Assembly (NCBI GenBank): GCA_012295275.1
Contig: CM022672.1
Location: 21,700,001 to 21,764,000 of the forward strand
Source: Chrysomallon squamiferum
Taxonomy: Eukaryota > Animalia > Mollusca
DNA: 64,000 nucleotides
Reading direction: 5' to 3'
In this document: in pieces, positions 54,101 through 64,000 of the stretch
Position numbering within the stretch: the first letter of the stretch is position 1
How the letters are laid out: each line of letters begins with the position of its first letter
Notes under the pieces: model-generated
What the model was told of the DNA's origin: nothing
The model's input: the letters and a program-made list of their open reading frames with translations, nothing else
Database searches by the model: none
Position numbers and translations under genes: made by a program

Positions 54101-57100
54101 TTAAAATATATATATATATGTTTAAATTTTAAAATGAGTTGAGATTTTTTGATAATGATTTTATGGTTTCCCTATTTTCTAATTTTTTTGTCTTTTTTTT
54201 CCCTCTCATTCTGGAAAATTAAGAATCTGAATTAGTTTATTAAAAATATTTTCTTTTAAATTTTATTTGAGTTAATAAATGATACATATTATTAATTTGA
54301 TTTCCTGGAGAACAGCAAAAATACTTTTAATAATTATATGTATTAAATGCCTTTGTGAATATTTGCCATACTAACCATTTCCTCACAGTTATTTTATCAA
54401 ATTACCTTTCTGCTAATCATTAAGGATATCATTGTACTCTTTTTAGGTAATTAAGACAGTCAGTCGCTTCAGTATGTAGAATTATACATAACTGTGAAAC
54501 AGACATTATGGAGTTTTCATTTACTTTTTTAATGTTTTCATCATAATTTTAAAACATAAATCTATATCATTTCAGAAGGAAGAAAAAGCTGCTAAAACCA
54601 TACAGTTGGCCGTACAGCTGTTTTTAAAACGCAAAAAAAATCAACAAGCTGAAAAAGCTGCCATATTAATTCAGTCGCTATGGAGACAGTATCGAGCCAG
54701 ACTGATGGTGACATGCCTCAAAACAGAAAAAGAAAATGAAATGGTCACCAAAGCAACAGAAAGAATACAGGTGGTTGTCATACATTTTTATTTTTAAAAT
54801 TTAATTTAAAATAAGAAAAAAAAGAAAAAAGAATCATACCAAAACAAATGAAGTAATACTTCTTATGTATTTCTTTTCATTTATTTAACATGAAGGTGCA
54901 CTGAAAGAAAAAAAAACAACAAATGCCCCATTATTGGAATATCTTTCTCTCTTTTTTTTTTGTTTTTTTTTTTTGTTTGTAAGATTCTTGTTTACTAACA
55001 CAAATTTTTATTCTTTTTGAAATATTTTTATTAAATGCTTTTGAAATTTTAGAAAGTTCATTTGTCATGAAATCTTTTTTTTTTTTTTTTTAAATGAAAA
55101 AACAAAATTATATCTCTTTCATATAGACGATTTAACAAAGCAGAATTTCACTCACTGTTTTTGCATAGCAGTCAGATTATGATTATTTAAAATAATAATA
55201 ACAAAAACAAAAATAAAAAAGTTCTGTTTTTGTGAGATAAAAATTTTGCTTTTCCAAAATAAACCCTTGTGGTTTAATTCCACGATTTAATATGCTGTCA
55301 ACACATGTGATTGCTGTTAGAACATTTAGTTGATTTTTTTTTTTTTGATGATAAACAGTCAATGTTCAGATAAACCCAGAATTTTAAAATTTCATTTAAT
55401 AACAAATCTCATGGTGATGACATCTTTGCCTAAGTTATTTTTGAACCAGTGGAGTTTGATCTCAAACTGAGGCCATTTGATTTTAATCTTACAGAACACA
55501 GCTTTTTTTAAAATTTGTTTACTGTTAGGAGAAAAATACATTTGTAAAAATAATCATACTTGGTTTTGCTTTTCTTAAATAGTTTTACAATTCGAATTGA
55601 ATTTAAAGTATGATTATTAAATACTAAATATGGTTTTCCTCTTATAAATAAGCATATTTTAAATTATATTTGATGCAGTTTTTTTTATTTTTTTATTTAT
55701 TTATTTATGTTTTAGGCTGCAGTGAAAGCCTATCTTGCTAGAAAACATTACCAGAAGAAATGCAAAGCTATAGTTACTCTACAAGCTGGATGTAGAGCTT
55801 TTCTTGTAAGACAAGAAATGAAGAAGAAAAATATGGCTGCAAAAAAAATTCAAAACTTTTATCTTGGATGTTTAGAAACTAGGCATCTGCAAAGAAGGTT
55901 TGTTAAGTTGAGGAAAACTGCAATTGTCCTTCAAAGAATCCATCGTACAAACCGTAACAGAAAACACACAAAGAGGTTGCAAGCTGCTGTTTGCATTCAG
56001 AAGCACTGGAGAAGATTTCGAGATAGAAGAAATTTTTGCCATTTCAAAAAGCTGCTGTAATCACTCAAAAGTGTTATCGCATGAAGGAAAGAAGACAGAA
56101 TTTCTTGAAGCTGAAGAAATCCACTTTGACAATTCAGCAGAGATATAGAGCTAAATTAACAGGAGCTGCAGCAAGAAGTGAATACATCTTGATTCACTCC
56201 AGAGTTTGTAAACTCCAAGCTCACATCAGAGGCTTCATTGAAAGAAAACGATACAAGGCAGTCCGACAAGCTGCTGTTTTTGTCCAGAAAAACTTTAGAC
56301 GGTACAAAAGTCGCATCAGGTACCAAGCCACAAAACTTGCAGCAGTTATCATTCAGAGAGCTTACAGAACCTACAGGCTGAAGTGTCTTGGTATACAGAA
56401 AGAAAAGGAATACACTGCTGCAAGTATTTGCATCCAGCGCTGGTGGAGAAGGCAAAGACAAATTAAGGTGCAGAGACAAAAAACGGCCATTTTGAAACTG
56501 CAGGCATCGTGGCGAGGCTATCAGGGAAAGGAAGAATTTCAGAATTTCTCGACAAGCTACAATTGTCGTTCAGTCTTGGGTACGAGGCTTCATTGCAAGG
56601 CGACGTTTTGTAAGAACTGTTTCAGCAGTAATTGTCCTGCAGCATCATGTCAGAAATTACTTGATGTACAAACACTCACAAGCTGAGCTCTTAAGACAAA
56701 TATCTGCAGCCGTTCTGATTCAGAAGACTTGGAGAATGAGACATGCAAGAATGAAATTCAAAAGAGAACACAACGCCGTATTGGTTTTGCAGAAAAACTT
56801 TGCCATGCTGGTGGCCAGAAAACATTTTCAAGAGAAGAGAAAAGCAGCTCTCATTCTGCAAAAACACTTCAGAAAATTATTGGTAGTTAAAGCTACAAAG
56901 AAACAAGAAGACAGAAAACAATCTGCTGCTATTGCTGTTCAAAGCTGGTGGCGAGGAATTCAAGATTACAAAAGGTTTTCCAGAAACAAGCATTCAGCAC
57001 TTGTTATCCAAAGATGGTACAGGCAACTTTTGGCACAAAAAAGACATGAAACTGAAATCAGAGCTGCAGTTATCATTCAACAAAGATATAGAGCTCTTCA

Positions 57101-60100
57101 ATCTGGGCGTCGGGTAAGAAGGAATCTGTCCCACATGAACCAGGCAGCCACGGTTATTCAACGCAGATGGAGGGGTATTGCAGCTAAAAGTCATTATTGC
57201 AGAGTAAAGAAAAGTGTTATTATTCTTCAAACTTATGTCAGAATGTGGCTTGCTAGAAAACAGTTTAAAAGATTGAAGGAATCTGTAAGCTTTCTGCAGC
57301 AGAAACTCCGAGCTTATCTGGAAGTCAAAAGGACCAGGGAGAATTACCTGTCAACCAGAAATAAAGTCATCAAACTTCAAGCTGCAGTTAGAAGCTGGAA
57401 ATGTAGGAGAATATTCACAGCAAAAAGGAGAGCTGCCATTGTCATTCAGTCTTATGTTAGAATGTACCTGCACAGACAAAAATATGAAAGAATTCTTGCA
57501 GCGGTTATAATCATCCAGCTGCGATTTAGATGTCATCAATCTGCTAAAGGTACCAGAAAAGATTTTCTGGCAGCAAGAAAAGGAATTATCTGTCTGCAGT
57601 CACACATTAGGAGACGAATACAGACAAATTACTATCAAAAAAAGAGAAACGCCATTGTAAAGCTGCAATCTTATTTCAGAATGGTTCAAAAGAGACAAAT
57701 GTTTAATGATATGAAAATGGCAGCCATTTGTATACAAAGTCATTACAGAAGTCAGTGTCTGGTCAAACAAGAAAGAAATGCTTTTCTCCAAAAACGTAAT
57801 GCTTGTTTGATAATACAACATGCCTTTAGAGGTTATGTAATCAGAAAAAAATTTCTGAAGTTCAAACGTTCAGCAATAATTCTACAGTCATACATACGTA
57901 TGCGTCATGCACAAAAATGTTACACACTGAAAAGAAATGCTGTGATAACTATTCAGCAAAAGTACAGGCTGTTCTATCAGGTACAGAAAGCAAGGCAGGA
58001 GTTTCTGCATATTAAAAGATCTGTTCTAACCATTCAGGCAGCATTCCGAAGGTATTTAGTACGATGCAGAATTGAAAAAATGCATAGAGCTGCTTTAACA
58101 ATCCAGTCACACTACAGGATGTATGCGGCAAGAAAAGAATACCACAGTCTGAGGAACTCAACACTGACTATTCAGAAATTTTACAGGCAGTACAGAGAGG
58201 CCAGATGGCAGCGTGTAGAATTTCTAAAACAGAAACATGCTGCCCTGGTTATTCAATGTCACCTCCGAGGACTGACAGCGAGAAGGGAGATGAAGAAAAT
58301 GCATGCAGCTGCTGTAAAAATACAGTCATCTTTCAGATCTCATCAGCAGAGATGTCACTTCTTGGCGCTGAAGAGAGCAGCACTAGTCTGTCAGAGGTTT
58401 TACAGAGCTCGACAGTTGTCTCAACATCAGAGACGTTTCTTTCTCATTCAGGTTGGGGCTGCGGTTACCATTCAGGCTTCTTATAGAGCCTACATTATCC
58501 GGAAACAGTACCTTGATAAGTACAGAAAAATTCAACTCCTTCAAGCTTCAGCAAGAACATTCATACAGCAAAAGAAGTATCGGCGAGTCCTCGATGCAGT
58601 GAGAACAATTCAGAAATGCTACAGAGCACACCAGACTGCTGTGAAAGCTAGAAAAAGATACTTGGAAATGAGAGCCGCTGCTGTGGTTCTGCAAAGAGCA
58701 TTCAGATCAGTGATGAGCATCAGAAAAGAGAGAAGAGAACGGGCTGCCATTTGCATTCAGTCATGCATCCGAATGGTGAAAGAGAGGAGCAGGTTTCGGA
58801 GAGTCCAGAAAGCCACTGTCTGCATTCAGTCATTAGCGAGGGGTTTCCTGGCACGACGTTTGTACCAGAAGAAACAAGAAGCTATCAGACTCATCCAGAG
58901 AAACATCCGGGTGTACATCTTAATAAACAGTTTCCAACGAGAAATATCAAAAAGGAAAACAGCTGCCTGTGTTATACAGAGGGCTTACAGACAGTACAGA
59001 GTACATAAGGAGGTCAAGAGAAATACTGCTGCTCTTTGTATCCAGGCGTATGTCCGAATGTATTTGTCAAGGAAGAAGTTTTTGAAAATTCGTCATTTGA
59101 TCATCTCACTGCAAAGTGTGGCTCGTGGTAGCCTTGTAAGGAGAATGGTCAAGAAAAAGAAACTTGAGCAAAGAGCTGCCATTACCTTACAAAGAGAATT
59201 CAGAAGACACATGGAAGCTAAAAGATTAAAAGTAAGTTTGCTGATTAAACAGTGAGGATGAAAGTTTTTAAAATTTGTATCTACCAACCGAAGGTATGAA
59301 ATTGAATGAATTTATTTTTTCAGTGGCAATGAAACTAAACCAGCTTTACATCCACCCTGTTAATGAATATCAGATCTTGATCTCATAAAAAAAAAAAAAA
59401 AGTTTGCAGTTTGAGATGTGAAATTTTGTTCAAAAAACAAATTGAAAAAACCCATCTAATTTAACATTTTCCATCTATTTTTAAAATTTAAAACTGTCAT
59501 TCTTGTTTTTACAAATTTCTATTTTAGAAATAATATATTTTAATTAATGTTTGCATGTTTGTCTTCTCACCTTCTTTCATGAGATAAACATCATAAAAGA
59601 TCATATTTATAGTACAAGTGAGATGATGGTTTACATGAAATAACAAGAACATTCATGCATGCACTAGAAACTACACCTAAAGTGGAAGGGGAATTTGTTA
59701 TGGGTTTCAAAACAACACTAAACTGAAACTGTTCTGTATTAATTTTGACAATGGATATGCATGATCTACTGGAATAATCCATTTACTTTCAAGACAGATC
59801 CTATTAATAAATACAAATACACACCAAATTTTTTTTTTAATATGTCCTTGAAAAGAAATGTAAATTAGTTTGTTTTTTATTTATTTTCTTTTTTCTTTTT
59901 CTTTTGTTATTATTTTTATTAATATTTTTATTTTCTTTTTTTTTTTGTCATGTGTTTACCAATTTCTCTTTTCTTTTTATTTTGTTATTATTATCTTTAT
60001 TATTATTATTATTTTTTTTTTTTTCACCTCATGTATGTACCATTTTTAGCTTATTCATTTATCTTAGTTATTTTCAAACTGACAGTTAATATCCATAAAT

Positions 60101-62115
60101 ACTGTTTCACGACCTTAAATCTTCATTTCTAAATAATAAATAAATATACTCTGAAAGTAAGACATGAAATTATTTCAGTTTTGACTTGATCTAGCCTGCC
60201 CAGAATATATCTAGGCAAAATGGAGAAAGTCACCATTTCTTGTTCTGGAGAAAAATAAATGAAAACATAAACCTTGTTTGGCTCTTGTACATAGCTTTAA
60301 TTGCCTGATTCTCAAATGGAATGCACTTGGATCCCAGGGGTGGAATTTCAAATCTGAGGGGAGCAATTTTAGCCTGGGGAGGCATTAGGGAAGAATTTCA
60401 GTGAAAGAAGGATCTCCAAACTGGGAAATACTGTACCTTGTATATACAAAGTGAAATACAAGTATACACAACTATAAGATCAATCACAAATTAACAGTTG
60501 ACAAAAAGAAATAAAATAAAATGCTGCATCAGGCTTAATCCTGTTTGAGGATTAAACATTTACTGATGTTTGAAAATGAGTTGATGTAATTAGATGGCCA
60601 TGGTGGTATTTTGATAACTGTAGCTATTACAAACAGCTAGTAATCTGAACTTGACATTCTGGACTCAAAAGCCAGTATCAGTATAGGCTATTACACTAAT
60701 TGCCATTGTAAAATGTATAACAGTGGCAAAAATGACTAGGTGACAAATCAAAATGGGGGGGAGTAATTGAGGAAAGCTGGCATCACAGATGGAGGATGGA
60801 TTAACATATGTGTCTGTGTGTTCATGTGTGTGTGTCTGTCTGTCTGTCTGTCTGTCTGTGTGTTTGTGTATCTGTGTGTTTGTGTATGTGTGAATAAAAA
60901 TATTGGCACAATAACGTTGGCTTTGATATGCCATGATAATAGTTGATAAAAATAACCAATAAAATATTAATATAAAGACGTTATTTCTTCATGGTATTCT
61001 TAAGTAATGTCCACAAACATGTATTATTTTGTTTAGTCAACTCGTTTACTCTGATCTCTACACCTAAAGAGCATTATGTAAATTATTCACACTTACCTGT
61101 AGTCAGGTACACACAAGTGGTCCCCATACAGCCTCTTGGCTGCACTTTCAGGGATTCTGTGAAAGGCGTCATGTGGAGTTTTAGTTAGGAATTGCTTGTT
61201 AGACACAGCTCGCTTACTAGCCAATGTCTCCATATCTTAATAATAGCTGTTCTTTGCACTTTCATTGGTAATACATAAGTACTTGTTATACTGATTTCAA
61301 AAAGGAGACAAAACACGTTCTCACACACATGCACAAATACACAGATGAACAAATACATACATACACAACCAGAGATTCTGCAGAAATATATGAATAAAGC
61401 ACTTGATGATAAATTTTTCTTAAACTCTATAATACAACAACATCTAAATCAATTGCCATTTATCTTCTTTTTTATTATTTTTCTCATTAGTATTTTTTTA
61501 TTTAAAAAGATATTTGATCTGAATTTTTTCCTTCTTTTATTTGTTCTGGATTTAGGCTTAGGTAGGGGGGTTACTACTATTGTTACCATAATTTTTTTTT
61601 TTTTTTTTTTTTTAAATGATTTATTTATTCTTTATATCTGATATAAAACTTTAATTATATATTTTTCTTTGTGTTACTTTTATTCCTTTTTTTTTTTTTT
61701 TTTTTTTTTCTTTATTTAACTGATTGGTTTTGGGGTACAGTTTCCATTTTACCTACCCTTTGTTTCTTTTTTTTTTTCTTTTTTATCCCTTTGTTTCCTA
61801 TTTTTTCTCATCAACTTTATTACCTATTATCTTAAGCAGACACCTGGTAGAATATGTCATTATTCTAAATGTTAATCTTAAGTCATTAAGATCAAGCTAT
61901 TACTTAATCTATTCATACAGGTCATCTAATTAGCCTTTGGTTACTGCATATAAGCTGAATGAACAATCACACTTACTAAATGCCTGCAGTGCAGTGTCTA
62001 CTGAGATATCCAGAAAAATCTCTATATATTATTAGATGAACAAAAGTTTAGCTCAGTTGTAGATTTTTCTTTAAAGCATAGGGTTAGGTAGCTGGTTTTG
62101 GTACCTGTCAAAAGA

Positions 62116-62162
<47 letters not shown>

Positions 62163-62759
62163 ATTTCTTTTCATTTGAACTTTAATCATTGCATGTACAA
62201 GAACATGTTGATTTTTATATTTTAAGCAGTTTTTATTTAATGAATATATATTAACTGTAGATTTTGTTTTTACAAGCACAAGTTTATTTATTTATTTATT
62301 TGTTCTATTTTATTTTATTTTTATTTAAATATTAGACATTGCTTTTACAAGTGTATTTATTATTTATTATATTTTATTTTATTACATTATATAATTATTA
62401 TTATTATTGTTATTATATTATATATTTATTTATTTATTTATTATTAATATATTTTTATTTTTACTTTTCTATTTTTTTTTATTTTTTTTTTTATTATTTT
62501 TTTTTTAATTATTATTTTTTAAAGATGGCCATCAGAATCAATACTATTTGTGGCAGTTCAGACAAACTGACAAAGTCATACAAAAGTGAAAACTTGATAG
62601 AATTCAAACTATCGTGTGTTGTGCTTAACTTGTTCTCATTTGTTTTCTGGTTTGCAAAGTGTTTGCTTTGTTTGTCATTCTTGCTGAGTGCCCCAGTGGA
62701 GATAACATTCACTTGCCACGTGGTAAGATTTTTGAAAATTTGTCATTCTGACAGATTTT

Positions 62760-62805
<46 letters not shown>

Positions 62806-63436
62806 TTTTGATCAGTTTATATTGCATCTGATTTCATTGGTACAGTCTAATTCATTTAAATATCAGTCATTTTATTTTTTGAATATATTTTCTTAATAAT
62901 AACGTGTTTTTTTTTTTTTTTAATGTTATCAATAGTGGGAATCTTTTTTTTTTCTTTCTATTACTTAGAAATTTTGGGTGTGTGTCTATCTTGTATCAGT
63001 TTATCAGTTTATATTGTATCAGATTGTATTGATATAATCTATTTAAAAATGAGTTATTTTGTTTTTGAATGTTTTTTTTTGTGTGTATATGTATATAATG
63101 TATGTGTGTGTGCATTAAATATATATATATCTCTCTTATTCTTTTTTTTCTTTATTTAATTAGTATTATTACATCTATTATTATTATTTTTTTAAATTAG
63201 CATTATCATTATGAATTTTTTATGAATATTTTTCCTTCATTCATACATATTATTTATTTTAAATATTGACTTTCTTTGCCAAACAGGTGGTGAAGGAAAA
63301 GCGACAGGCCTACATTCAGCATTTTGTTAGAGTGACATCGCTGCATCTCGCAGCTGTCACAATACAGAGATGTTATCGCAAGCACTGCATCATCATGAAA
63401 GCAAAACAAAAACTGCACAATGTGATAGTTATTCAG
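40213..63436 (+). CDS. ASPM: Abnormal spindle-like microcephaly-associated protein (ASPM/asp), 5' part; continues beyond the window; three apparent frameshifts in this sequence
   Basis: Exons 40213-40764, 41256-44112, 44546-44638, 45140-45292, 45772-46010, 46572-46639, 46939-47080, 47631-47761, 48169-48344, 49242-49387, 50506-50591, 51369-51483, 52190-52290, 53145-53346, 53684-53952, 54576-54770, 55716-59231 and 63287-63436. Motifs: ASH domain ([17 protein letters not shown]), [50 protein letters not shown] domains ([61 protein letters not shown]), then a long IQ array. Confidence 0.96.
41256..44112 (+). CDS. ASPM: ASPM giant exon 2: Ser/Thr-rich disordered N-terminal region (about 950 aa)
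   Basis: Acceptor ttttcag at 41255; the 947-aa ORF lies between the ASH exon and the conserved HPMPFAAK exon; many SP/TP sites; donors at 44101 or 44113 (both phase 1). Confidence 0.9.
53440..53635. repeat. Degenerate minisatellite of about 28-30 bp (tttaaggaactgtttggattagg-like)
   Basis: Recurring tttaa(g/a)gaactg and (g)attagg cores in an ASPM intron. Confidence 0.7.
55716..59231 (+). CDS. ASPM: ASPM giant IQ-repeat exon (3.5 kb)
   Basis: Tandem IQxxxRxxxxR calmodulin-binding motifs across ORFs 55722, 56036 and 56661; acceptor tttag at 55715, donor GTAAGT at 59232; analogous to the large IQ exon of vertebrate ASPM. Confidence 0.93.
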
Positions 63437-64000
63437 GTAAGACATACTGGAATGTCTAAGAAATAATGATTATTAATGCAATGAACAAACATTTGAAGCT
63501 TGAAGAAAAGAAAAGAAAAGAATCTCAATCAATGTTAAAAATTAAAATATTGATCGTTGTAGTGTATATGGAATGCTTACTGCAAGTCGTCATGTTTATT
63601 ATATGCAATAATAAGAATTTAACATGTTTGGTCTGCCCTGATGAGTTTGGATAAGGAATCCTGTTTTATAATAGATGACTTTTTGAAGAGAAGATCTGTA
63701 GACATGCAAATCAGAGGAGTTGAAATGTGCAAAGCAAAAATTCTGTATAGCTTACGCAAATAAATTTAGAAATTTATAGGCTGAGGTAATTCCCTGGTAA
63801 AAAGATAATCAGTTTCAGTCTTTTTCTTCTTATTACCAAATGTTCTACCTTACTGGTTTATTCAGACACACATAATACTTAAATTTTAAATATTTACATT
63901 GGTTACACAGATCTGAAGTATGAATATTTAATAAAGAATAGGAAATAACTCCTGAGCTGACAGCTTTTATTCTGATTACTGTCATCAGATGTACAGACTA

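Noticed and set aside
61088-61100. acttacctg resembling the U1 snRNA 5' end
   Set aside because: No U1 body follows; better explained as a minus-strand splice donor.
62339-62896. 185-aa ORF rich in Y/F/I
   Set aside because: Arises from AT-rich low-complexity and TG-repeat sequence in an ASPM intron.
63625-63665. gtctgccCTGATGAgtttgg hammerhead-like core
   Set aside because: No GAAA after a paired stem II.

Overview
AT-rich, intron-containing animal genomic DNA, probably an invertebrate and possibly a gastropod mollusc (inferred from recalled repeat similarity). It is dense in microsatellites. Five spliced protein-coding genes can be rebuilt by hand with consistent exon phases: the 3' part of a pappalysin/PAPP-A (+, 424-4392), mitochondrial endonuclease G (-, 6613-9357), TFIIB (+, 10204-17263), a short Ctr/SLC31 copper transporter of CTR2 type (-, 26314-39629) and the 5' part of ASPM (+, 40213 to beyond the window end). 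There are two head-to-head pairs, EndoG/TFIIB and Ctr/ASPM. Notable details: (1) a compact Ctr/ASPM shared promoter carrying a CLEAR palindrome plus paired CCAAT boxes and CHR-like hexamers; (2) a 76-bp tandem triplication of a PAPP-A splice donor that builds candidate in-frame 12-nt microexons; (3) a GC-AG intron; (4) DKGH in place of DRGH in EndoG; (5) katanin-binding-like repeats in ASPM; (6) three ASPM frameshifts that are most likely assembly errors; (7) a candidate antisense exon in an ASPM intron. I found no RNA genes, intact transposons or prokaryote-type systems, and nothing I can claim as a wholly new biological system. Most short ORFs in the track are microsatellite or AT-rich noise.
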